Positions 1 through 7,351 of a stretch of DNA of 32,000 nucleotides are shown here, piece by piece (the stretch's first letter is position 1; every line of letters begins with the position of its first letter). Source of the stretch: Candidatus Iainarchaeum sp. (GTDB taxonomy: Archaea; Iainarchaeota; Iainarchaeia; Iainarchaeales; JACQJH01); contig JACQJH010000001.1 of NCBI GenBank assembly GCA_016205145.1, positions 390,001 through 422,000 on the forward strand, read 5' to 3'. Under the pieces are notes generated by a model, which was given only the letters and a program-made list of their open reading frames with translations, did no database searches and had not been told where the DNA came from. The translations under genes and the position numbers were made by a program.

Positions 1-169
1 GCAATTGGGAGTTCAAGTTTTTTAAATATTTTGTTTTTTGTGTCCTCGCTACAAAATTCGAGCAAATTTATGAGTGATTTGGTGACATTATTTTCAATTT
101 GATAATCTATTTTGTTCTTATTAGATGACTGGCTGCGATAGTAAAAGAAGATGTTTTGGTGCGGATCTT

Positions 170-820
170 TCATTTTTTTATCATCATTGAATTTTCATTA
201 TTTTTCATGCGTATTTTTTTTGTATTTGGATATTTGCCGTTGTGGTCAAGAATATATTCGAATTCCTTGAACCACTGTGTTTCTTGTTGATTTCTCCAGA
301 GTTCTAGTTCCTTGTTTCTAATGTTGATTTTAGTGCCATTTACAAATTCTCTTAGCGCATGGCAGTATGCGATGTACTGCGTTTCATCATTAGTATTAGT
401 CAGCGTGTCTTGAAAGTAGGCAACTATTCTGAAGTCAAAAACAGCGTATTTGTCTGGCAATTTGAATGCAAGTATTGCAGATAGCATTGGCAGATTAATG
501 CCTTTGGCCCCTTCTCGTTTAAGTTCCAGAAGTGCCGCTTTTATTTTTTTACGTTCAATATCTGCGCTTAAATTAGATTCTTTTAGGTCGGCCAGTAATT
601 TATTCAATATGGTAGTGTGTTTATCTTTATCAAAATGACGGCGAATTCGTGGGGATTTCCAGTTTGCTATTGCCTTAAGCTGTATATGGGTAAGTTCGCT
701 ATTGACAATTTTTTTGGAGGCTTCTAACTGAGAGTCCCTCTTTTGAACGGGCTCTTTTAGACACACTAAAATTTTTTTGGTGATTTCTTGCAACTCGGCG
801 GGTTCGTCCATTTTGTTCAC
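170..820 (-). CDS. hypothetical protein, last gene of the CARF-nuclease operon; possible helix-hairpin-helix-like segment
   Basis: 216-aa ORF that starts 7 nt after the stop of the upstream gene on the same strand. It is the most AT-rich part of the window. The segment GINLPMLSAILAFKLPDKYAVFDFR resembles the KGIGQQTLSQFLVAKDPSKFPLI segment of the neighbouring protein. No catalytic motif recognised. Confidence 0.55.
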   Translation of the reverse strand: MNKMDEPAELQEITKKILVCLKEPVQKRDSQLEASKKIVNSELTHIQLKAIANWKSPRIRRHFDKDKHTTILNKLLADLKESNLSADIERKKIKAALLELKREGAKGINLPMLSAILAFKLPDKYAVFDFRIVAYFQDTLTNTNDETQYIAYCHALREFVNGTKINIRNKELELWRNQQETQWFKEFEYILDHNGKYPNTKKIRMKNNENSMMIKK

Positions 821-827
821 ATTCTTG

Positions 828-1892
828 CTATTTTTCCTGCGTTGTTTGGTTTGTGTGTTTGTCGTTTATTTCAAATTTGACTTTGTAGTATTTTAGGCTT
901 ATTTGGTTTTCCACCGGCATTATAGCATAGTCGAGCCTGTTGTCCGGCTCGTTTGTGATTATTATTGCCCTCGCGTTTTCTGATTTGTTCTTTTTTATCC
1001 AGCCCAGGTATCTGAGGGTTTGCCCGACGACTTCGTCGCTTGACCGGCCTTTTTTGAGTTCTATTATGACTTGTTTGCCTTTTTGGTCTTTGCATAGCAG
1101 GTCTATTTTTCCGACTTCTTTTGTGTTGAATTCTTTTTCCGTTAATTGCAGTCCTTTTTCTATCAAATGCGGGTTTTTTGCGAGGTATTCTTTCAGGTCT
1201 TTTTCCAATGAGATTGACGAGTAGTTTTCGAGGATTTCTTCCGGCATTTCAGGGTTTGCGGATTTTTTGCCAAACCATATGAGGTTGTTTACCGACGTGT
1301 ATTTTTCGGTTCCGAGCAGGTTTTTGATTTCTTCGAAAATTATGAAGTTTGTCAGGTAGTCTATTGTTCTGTCCAAGTACTTTGTCGGGTCATCAATGTT
1401 AAAGTGGCGCATTGCCAGTTCATAGGCTTTTTCTTCCTGTTGGGGGCCCAGGTTGAGGGCTTCGGTTGTTTGCCAGGTTATCAGGGGAAATTTTGACGGG
1501 TCTTTGGCGACCAAAAATTGGGAGAGCGTTTGCTGGCCAATTCCTTTGAGCTTAAAGAATTCGTTGACCCTGTTGACAAAGTCGGTTTCGTTTCCAAACA
1601 AAAGCGCGCGCAGTTTTTCGTTGAATTGTTCCAAGCCATTTTCCCGGTATAAAAGGTTTGAAAGCGCCCTGTTGTTGGAAAAATTTCTCATTAAATGAAA
1701 AATCGTGTCAAAATCTTCCGAAGCCAAGTTGTTTCCGGAATCAAAGTTTTTGTCATTGAATATTTTGCTTATTTCCTGTTCTGCCTTGTCTTCCTCGGCT
1801 TTCCACAGCATTGCCTTTTCGGTTTGAAGGCTTTCATTCCATGCCCGCAATTTGTCTATTTGCTCTTCGTAAAAAATTTCACTCACAACCAA
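828..1892 (-). CDS. NucS/DUF91-type PD-(D/E)xK nuclease domain protein with an unknown N-terminal domain of about 220 aa
   Basis: The C-terminal ~115 aa (about nt 873-1220) read SLEKDLKEYLAKNPHLIEKGLQL..EVGKIDLLCKDQKGKQVIIELKKGRSSDEVVGQTLRYLGWI..ARAIIITNE. This matches the hallmark G-x-iDLl...D..g..vviElK...QlxRY pattern of NucS C-terminal / DUF91 restriction-endonuclease-fold domains. It starts 12 nt after the stop of the CARF-wHTH gene. Confidence 0.7.
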   Translation of the reverse strand: MVVSEIFYEEQIDKLRAWNESLQTEKAMLWKAEEDKAEQEISKIFNDKNFDSGNNLASEDFDTIFHLMRNFSNNRALSNLLYRENGLEQFNEKLRALLFGNETDFVNRVNEFFKLKGIGQQTLSQFLVAKDPSKFPLITWQTTEALNLGPQQEEKAYELAMRHFNIDDPTKYLDRTIDYLTNFIIFEEIKNLLGTEKYTSVNNLIWFGKKSANPEMPEEILENYSSISLEKDLKEYLAKNPHLIEKGLQLTEKEFNTKEVGKIDLLCKDQKGKQVIIELKKGRSSDEVVGQTLRYLGWIKKNKSENARAIIITNEPDNRLDYAIMPVENQISLKYYKVKFEINDKHTNQTTQEK

Positions 1893-1904
1893 TCACCTGA
1901 AAGT

Positions 1905-2519
1905 TCACATTCTCGCAATCTTTCCCGCGTCCGTCAGCTTGAATCCTTTTCCGTCTTCTGTTTCTTCGATGAAGCCTCGTTGTTTCAGTTCTTTTAGGTT
2001 GCGGTAGACCATTGCCTTGCTTTGTTCGGTTTCTTTGGCGAGGTCTGCGGGGATGTCGTGTTTTTCGGCTTCTTCGAGGATTTCCTGTTGGCCTGTGGAG
2101 AGGTCGAAGTTGAGTGTGGGCAGGGTTATTATGTCTTTGAATTCGTTTGGCTTGGTTTGGTCTGCCACGTAGACGATTTTTTTTACGCGTGTGCTTCTTG
2201 CGTAGGCGCCGAATAGTGCGCCCAAAGCCTGTGTTTTGCGGCCGTGGGTCACATTCACAAAGATTTCGTCGGTGTTTGCGAGTGCGTCGATGATGTTTGC
2301 GGTGTCCTGTGCTACCGCGACGATGTCGAATAGTTCAACCCTTTTTTCCTTGATTTCGATGACTTTTTCGAATGTTTTTTTGAGGTCGTCGACGGCTTTT
2401 TGCTGTGTTTCATCGGGCTTTTTGTCGATTAGAAGGAACAGGCGGTCGATGGAGAATTTGGTTAAAAGGAGGACGATTGAGTCGGAGGAATAGGCCGTTG
2501 TTATGAGAACCCTTGCCAT
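1905..2519 (-). CDS. Csa3-like regulator: N-terminal CARF-type Rossmann-like domain plus C-terminal winged HTH
   Basis: The layout is MARVLITTAYSSDS..RLFLLIDKK (strand-loop-helix start), then IFVNVTHGRKTQALGALFGAYA (DxTHG-like motif followed by a helix), then a C-terminal wHTH (LSTGQQEILEEA..MVYRNLKELKQRGFIEETEDGKGFKLTDAGK). The ORF is open to 2582. I chose ATG 2519 because a T/A box (gaatttaaaagg, about 2538-2549) lies 20-30 nt upstream of it. Confidence 0.6.
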   Translation of the reverse strand: MARVLITTAYSSDSIVLLLTKFSIDRLFLLIDKKPDETQQKAVDDLKKTFEKVIEIKEKRVELFDIVAVAQDTANIIDALANTDEIFVNVTHGRKTQALGALFGAYARSTRVKKIVYVADQTKPNEFKDIITLPTLNFDLSTGQQEILEEAEKHDIPADLAKETEQSKAMVYRNLKELKQRGFIEETEDGKGFKLTDAGKIARM

Positions 2520-2586
2520 ATCAGGGTTAAAATCGGAAGAATTTAAAAGGTTGCCAGAACAATCCACTGCAATACCCGCCAATACA

Positions 2587-2610
2587 ATAGTATACTTTAT
2601 AGTATACTTT
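2587..2610. promoter_or_regulatory. tandem 12-bp direct repeat ATAGTATACTTT x2, each copy containing the 8-bp palindrome AGTATACT, in the divergent promoter; candidate operator
   Basis: Read directly: caATAGTATACTTTATAGTATACTTTtataagg. The palindromes are at 2589-2596 and 2601-2608. The repeat abuts a TATA-like ttTATAAgg box about 45 nt upstream of the AAA+ start codon. Confidence 0.4.
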
Positions 2611-2659
2611 TATAAGGTGTTTGCGACACGTTTTTTGTTTGTTTTTGTGGTGTTGCGTT

Positions 2660-3823
2660 ATGGTGTCGCAGTCGATGAAACCGCCTGAAGACCTTTTTGG
2701 CGGCGAGGAGATTTCGTGTGACTTGTGCGGGCGGATTATTCCGCCGAATGAGCGTTATTTTGCTTTTACTCTTGGCTTGGAGTATTATTCTTTGAACGGG
2801 GACGGGGCGGAAGTGGAGCCCGTTGACGTGTTTGCCGACAAGACTTTTTGTTTGAATTGTTCCAAGCGGAACGGCACCAATCGGAAATTTAACGCGCTTA
2901 AAAAAAATGCCGGTCCCGAGGTTTCGGTTAACGGGCCCAGTGACCCGCGTTTTGAAAGGCTTGGGGTTGACGGTGATGGCCTTGGCAATATTGGCGTTGA
3001 AGTTGTGCCGTCCAAGGGTTTGGATGACGTTGTTTTGACTCCGAACACGAGGAAAGGCGTTGAACTGGCTTTGGCGCATGTGAGGAATGCCGGAAAGCTC
3101 ATGGCGGATTGGGGTTTGGGTGAAAAATTTTCTTATGGCAATGCCTTGGCTTTGAGTTTTGTGGGATTGCCTGGAACGGGCAAAACTTTGTGCGCGGAGG
3201 CCTTGGCGAAAGAGGCCGGCAAGAAATTGCTGGTTGCCAATGCTTCGCAATTGTTGAATTGTTTTGTCGGCGGCACCGAGAAAAGGATTTCGGCGTTGTT
3301 TGAGCGGGCTTCCAAGTCGGATTGTGTCCTGTTTTTTGATGAGGCCGATTCTTTGGCTTCTACGCGTGTCAGCGTTCAACTGGGCAATGACAGGTATGCG
3401 AACAGTGAAACCAATGTTTTGTTGCAGGAGCTTGAAAAGTTCAGGGGCATAGTCGTTTTTTCGTCTAACATGGCGGGAAATTTTGACCCGGCCTTTGAGA
3501 GAAGGATTGGCTTGCATGTCTTGTTTGAGTTTCCGGGTAAAAGGGAGCGCGTGGAATTGTTCAAAAAACTGGTTCCAAAAAAAATGCCGTTGGCTAAAGG
3601 CGTTTGCTTTGAGGAACTGGCAAAGGAAAAGTTTTCGGGCGGCGACATCAAAAATGTTATAATCAATGCGGCGAGGCTGTGTGTGAGCAACTCAAAGTCC
3701 AAGGTTTCACAGGCCCATTTCGTGGAAGCCGTTGAAATCGTGAAAAATAACAGGAAAAACTCGGGTTTTTTGTTGGGCGCGGAACCTGAAGCAAAATTCA
3801 GGCGGCATTGTTTTGTGAGCTGA
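2660..3823 (+). CDS. AAA+ ATPase (classic clade, SpoVK/COG0464-like) with an N-terminal CxxC...CxxC zinc ribbon
   Basis: Walker A GLPGTGKT (nt 3164-3187), Walker B VLFFDEAD, sensor-1 VVFSSN and Arg finger FERR are present. The N-terminal part carries CDLC...CLNC (nt 2717-2860). The track ORF begins at 2621. ATG 2660 (MVSQSMKPPE) is preferred because it avoids a Cys/Leu/Phe-rich leader. Confidence 0.85.
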   Translation: MVSQSMKPPEDLFGGEEISCDLCGRIIPPNERYFAFTLGLEYYSLNGDGAEVEPVDVFADKTFCLNCSKRNGTNRKFNALKKNAGPEVSVNGPSDPRFERLGVDGDGLGNIGVEVVPSKGLDDVVLTPNTRKGVELALAHVRNAGKLMADWGLGEKFSYGNALALSFVGLPGTGKTLCAEALAKEAGKKLLVANASQLLNCFVGGTEKRISALFERASKSDCVLFFDEADSLASTRVSVQLGNDRYANSETNVLLQELEKFRGIVVFSSNMAGNFDPAFERRIGLHVLFEFPGKRERVELFKKLVPKKMPLAKGVCFEELAKEKFSGGDIKNVIINAARLCVSNSKSKVSQAHFVEAVEIVKNNRKNSGFLLGAEPEAKFRRHCFVS

Positions 3824-3833
3824 GGCGGTTTTT

Positions 3834-4109
3834 GTGGGCAAACGCTTGTTGGATTGCGTGAAAAAAGGCGAAGTCATTGAAATCAACAGCAAGCCTTACG
3901 GGTTCGGGCTTTACGGGTTCGTCAAGGATGAGCTGATAATGCTTGCCGATAAGGGTTTGGCAACCGAGCAGGAAGTCATGTCTGTGCGGATTGGCTTCGT
4001 TTGCGGGAATTGCAAAAGGCACGTCATTCGGAACGTGGCTGACATTCATTTGTTTTTGAGCCAGGCGTGCGGCGAAAAATGTTCCAAGGCGCTTGACAGA
4101 ATAAGGTAA
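3834..4109 (+). CDS. small hypothetical protein with a putative zinc-binding CxxC...CxxxC motif
   Basis: 91-aa ORF with a GTG start 8 nt after a GAGG Shine-Dalgarno-like element that overlaps the AAA+ stop codon. It contains CGNC...CGEKC. Its stop overlaps the next start as TAATG at 4107-4111. Confidence 0.45.
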   Translation: MGKRLLDCVKKGEVIEINSKPYGFGLYGFVKDELIMLADKGLATEQEVMSVRIGFVCGNCKRHVIRNVADIHLFLSQACGEKCSKALDRIR

Positions 4110-4498
4110 TGAGCACAATTGCGGCTAATGTTGCGGCAATCGCAGGGCGTGGTGGCAAAATGAAAAGAAAATTGAAGTCGCCTGAGGATGTGAGGGCTGA
4201 GTTGCAGCTGCTCAAATACCTGCTTGACGCGCTTAACCAGATAGGGGAATTGGAGGGCAGTTTGAGGCATTATAAGAATCACATTGACTTAGACGGCTAT
4301 CTTGCGGGGAAAAGCGAGGCGTCTGAACTGCGGTTTTTGCGGTTCGAGGATAACAAGGACACTCTTGAGCGGTTGTATGAGGAGGTTGAACTTGAATTGC
4401 GGGGCAGGCTGAGCGATTTTGTTGAAGCGCGCCTTGGCGAGTTGGCTGCACAGGAAAAGAAGTGGAAAAAAGTTCGTCGAACGAAAAAATCGGGGTGA
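4109..4498 (+). CDS. hypothetical charged, probably coiled-coil protein
   Basis: 129-aa ORF with an ATG start translationally coupled to the upstream ORF (TAATG). It is rich in E, L, K and R with heptad-like stretches. No recognised motif. Confidence 0.5.
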   Translation: MSTIAANVAAIAGRGGKMKRKLKSPEDVRAELQLLKYLLDALNQIGELEGSLRHYKNHIDLDGYLAGKSEASELRFLRFEDNKDTLERLYEEVELELRGRLSDFVEARLGELAAQEKKWKKVRRTKKSG

Positions 4499-4512
4499 AA
4501 TGCGTGCAACCA

Positions 4513-4662
4513 ATGTTTTCGTTTAAAGGCTCGAAAAGCCAGCGGAAGGCGTTTTGTCTGCTGGCCCAGGAATATGGTTTGTCCGGCAAAAAACTTGCCG
4601 AGTTCAGCGAACTGGATAAAATCGTTTTTCAGAATGTCAAGGTTTTTGCGAAAAGCATTTGA
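4513..4662 (+). CDS. possible small ORF (49 aa from ATG 4513, or 66 aa from ATG 4462)
   Basis: It fills the gap between neighbouring ORFs in the same operon. It is short, has no motif and its start is uncertain. Confidence 0.25.
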   Translation: MFSFKGSKSQRKAFCLLAQEYGLSGKKLAEFSELDKIVFQNVKVFAKSI

Positions 4663-4686
4663 GGTGATTTTACGGAAAAGGTCAAA

Positions 4687-5124
4687 GTGGCGTCAAAAAA
4701 GGAACTGAAAAAACTGAACGGGCGGCTTTTGAAGAGGGCGAAAAAGGCTGTAAACCAAAAAATGGTTTCCAAGTGGAGAAGTGAACTCAGGCCTGTTGCC
4801 AGGGGAATCGGAATGCATGTCATTGACCAATTTTATCTTGAAAACCTTGTTGACGAGTCTTTCGCCGCAGGGTTTCTCGAGGCTTTTCACGGAAACAAGA
4901 AATCGGCGGAAAAAGAGCTGCGGAAAAAGAGGATTATGCCAACCGCGGTTGAAACCGCAAAATACGGCATAGACGAAGACTATTGTGTGGAATTCGCCAA
5001 AAAGTTCAAAGGGAAAAGAAAGGATTTCATCAACGCTCTCAAAAAAGAGGGAAAACAGTCACTGGCAATCGCAATAGGACATTTTGAAAAGTACGGCGAA
5101 GCGCCGGACATGGAGTATGATTAA
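4687..5124 (+). CDS. hypothetical protein
   Basis: 145-aa ORF with a GTG start and a lysine-rich N-terminus followed by a globular-looking region. Same strand and tight spacing as the other operon genes. No recognised motif. Confidence 0.45.
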   Translation: MASKKELKKLNGRLLKRAKKAVNQKMVSKWRSELRPVARGIGMHVIDQFYLENLVDESFAAGFLEAFHGNKKSAEKELRKKRIMPTAVETAKYGIDEDYCVEFAKKFKGKRKDFINALKKEGKQSLAIAIGHFEKYGEAPDMEYD

Positions 5125-5135
5125 GAAACTCAATT

Positions 5136-5666
5136 GTGGGTGAAAGATTGGTGGAATTGTCGGAATTGGCAGTTGAACCGCCGAAGGACTGGACAGCCGA
5201 GTTTTTGACGCCTAAAAACAGCCTGGTTGCGGGCGCGGTTGGCTGGATGTGCAAAAATTGTGCAAAACCTTGGTGCGTGAAGTGCGGCGCATCCGTTCTT
5301 TGTCTTATCTGTCAGGGCGGGGATTACGTTCATTTGTGCGCGGATTGCGCGAAAAGCAGGCTTCACAAGTGCGTTCGTTGTAACGGCAAAGCCGAACCGT
5401 TCAAAATGTCCATACGGCCTTTTATGTGCGTCAATGCCGTGCTTTGCTCGAAGTGCAGGAAGGCTTTCAAAAACAAGTGCTATTCGTGCGGAACTAGGCT
5501 GCCAAGCAAATGCGGTTTTGTCATCCACGATTTTTTGAAAAAGGGCACAAAAATTTATCTGATGAAAGGCAAGTCCGGCAGAATCAAAAAACTGGCACAA
5601 AACGCGCTGCAGGTTTACAGTTGGAGAAGAACAATCTTCCCGCAGTTTCCAAAAAGTTCACATTAA
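5136..5666 (+). CDS. cysteine-rich multi-zinc-finger protein with seven CxxC pairs
   Basis: There are 16 Cys in total. Between nt 5250 and 5489 they form CKNC, CVKC, CLIC, CADC, CVRC, CSKC and CYSC. The C-terminus is basic. The start is GTG 5136, or alternatively ATG 5247 (MCKNC). Confidence 0.55.
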   Translation: MGERLVELSELAVEPPKDWTAEFLTPKNSLVAGAVGWMCKNCAKPWCVKCGASVLCLICQGGDYVHLCADCAKSRLHKCVRCNGKAEPFKMSIRPFMCVNAVLCSKCRKAFKNKCYSCGTRLPSKCGFVIHDFLKKGTKIYLMKGKSGRIKKLAQNALQVYSWRRTIFPQFPKSSH

Positions 5667-5701
5667 AAGTTTTGTTCCGCATTTGTGGCAGTAATTTTGT
5701 T

Positions 5702-7306
5702 TTAAATGTACCCGAACCCGGCAAGCCTGTTTTTCACGGCTTCCTCGCCTTCCTCGTCGAACGCGCTTTCCGTGGAATGCACTTTCGCCTTTCCTTCCCC
5801 CGCTTTTCCGGCTTTCGCCTGCTCCGCGTTTTCGAGTATCGGCAGGCATTTCCCGTCTATGCCATCCGGGACCGGAAGGCCGAACAACTGCAGGATTGTC
5901 GGCATGACGTCGAACAGCCTTGCCTTCGCCAATCCAGGGTTTTTCTTTATGCCGTGCCCTGCGGCAATGAAAATAGCGTCGCGCGTGTGGTTGCCTTCGA
6001 TTGGCCCGAGCTTTTCCTCGATTATGGGCACGTTGCCTGTTTTCATTGAAACAAGGTATGGCTTTTCAAATTCCACGAACAGGTCGGGGATGCTTTCAAG
6101 GAACGGCCCCCAGTACAGCTCTTCTTTCAAATGCACTTTTTTGACCTTGCCTTTCAGTTCCGGCGCGTTCATTATGGTTTCGCAAACCTTTTTCCTGAAC
6201 TCTTCGAATTCTTCCCTTGAAACCGTGCCCTGCGGTTCCCTGCCTTTGAGGTTCAAGCGCACTTCGCCTCCCCGCCCGGCGCAGAAAACCTTTGTCTTCG
6301 GCCAGTCGGCGTTCGAGGTTTCATAGCTTTTTTCGCGCAAAAACTTTTCCAGCTTTTTCGGCATCTTGAATGGCAGAATGTTCACGAGCTTCTGCGCCTT
6401 CGAGCGCAAACCGAGCCGTGCAATAGTCGTTATCAGGCTTCTGACCGGGTCGAACCTTTTCTTGGTTTTGAACAGCCCGTTTTTTTCGAACAGCCTGTTC
6501 AGGTAAACCATTCCGTATTGCGGGCCGAAGCCGTGGTCGGATACAATGAAAACAGCGGTGTTTTCGCCGCATTCGTCAACAAGCTTTTTGGTTTCGGCTT
6601 CAGCCTTCTGATAGAATTCAATCACTTTTTCCTCAAAGCCGGACTGGTAGTTGGGATGCTTTTTGTCGAGGAAGCTTGCATAATTGTGGTGCATTTCCTC
6701 GGTTTCGGTTATCGCCAGGAACAAAAAGTCCCAGTGGAACTGTTCAATGAAAATCTTCGCGGCCTCAAATCGTTTCAGCATTGTGTCGACGTTTTCCTCG
6801 AAAAAGCCGGCTTCTTTTCGGACGGTTTTTTCCGGCAGGATCTTGTAGCCGATTTTGTCAAGCTTTTCCCTGAAATTTTTCGGGTAAGTGTAATCGGCGA
6901 GCGGCGGAGTGAGGAAATCAGTGACCATTATTCCGTTGAGCTTGTGCGCCGGGTATGTGAGGGGCAGGTTTATGATTCCGACGACCTTGTTGTTTTCGGA
7001 CAGTATGTCGTACAGCTTTTCGCCGTGTATGTGCGTTGAATCCGGAATGAAGTTTTCGTAGCTGTTTGCTTTCTCGATTTGTATGCCGTAGATGCCGTGC
7101 TTTCCGGGGTTGTTGCCCGTAACAATCGAGGTCCATCCGTTCATGCTGTGCGGCGGAAAGTTCGCTTCGAGTTCGCAGAAAACGCCTTCATCGCAGAGCT
7201 TTTTGAAATACGGCAGTTTTCCCTCGGCAAACCATTTTTTCATCACCGAATGGCGCGCGCCATCCAGGCCGACAACTACAATTCTCTGCTTTTTCATTTC
7301 AACCAT
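5702..7306 (-). CDS. alkaline-phosphatase-superfamily enzyme, type I phosphodiesterase / nucleotide pyrophosphatase family
   Basis: It has IVVVGLDGARHSVM (metal-binding Asp region), FPPHSMNGWTSIVTGNNPGKHGIYG (nucleophile region), FIVSDHGFGP and GNHTRDAIFIAAGHG. No signal peptide or TM segment is visible. Confidence 0.8.
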   Translation of the reverse strand: MVEMKKQRIVVVGLDGARHSVMKKWFAEGKLPYFKKLCDEGVFCELEANFPPHSMNGWTSIVTGNNPGKHGIYGIQIEKANSYENFIPDSTHIHGEKLYDILSENNKVVGIINLPLTYPAHKLNGIMVTDFLTPPLADYTYPKNFREKLDKIGYKILPEKTVRKEAGFFEENVDTMLKRFEAAKIFIEQFHWDFLFLAITETEEMHHNYASFLDKKHPNYQSGFEEKVIEFYQKAEAETKKLVDECGENTAVFIVSDHGFGPQYGMVYLNRLFEKNGLFKTKKRFDPVRSLITTIARLGLRSKAQKLVNILPFKMPKKLEKFLREKSYETSNADWPKTKVFCAGRGGEVRLNLKGREPQGTVSREEFEEFRKKVCETIMNAPELKGKVKKVHLKEELYWGPFLESIPDLFVEFEKPYLVSMKTGNVPIIEEKLGPIEGNHTRDAIFIAAGHGIKKNPGLAKARLFDVMPTILQLFGLPVPDGIDGKCLPILENAEQAKAGKAGEGKAKVHSTESAFDEEGEEAVKNRLAGFGYI

Positions 7307-7351
7307 GGTTTTCGATTATTGAACCAACCGGCTTTTTTGCCTTTCCAAAAA

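Noticed and set aside
2597-3517. 306-aa minus-strand ORF antisense to the AAA+ ATPase gene
   Set aside because: Its composition is Arg/Gln/Pro/Asn-rich and low in complexity, and it has no motifs. It overlaps entirely a gene with unambiguous Walker A/B motifs, so it is a shadow ORF.
5130-6326. ORFs 5130-5600 (-), 5510-6049 (+) and 5706-6326 (+), which overlap the Cys-rich gene and the phosphodiesterase gene
   Set aside because: They lie antisense to, or out of frame with, better-supported genes. Their composition is biased (Arg/Ser/Phe-rich) and they have no motifs.
7079-7351. N-terminal 91-codon extension of the 602-aa membrane-protein ORF
   Set aside because: It overlaps the 5' part of the phosphodiesterase gene on the opposite strand. 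Its sequence is non-hydrophobic and Arg-rich, unlike the rest of the protein. In-frame ATGs at 7352 and 7379 give a sensible start.
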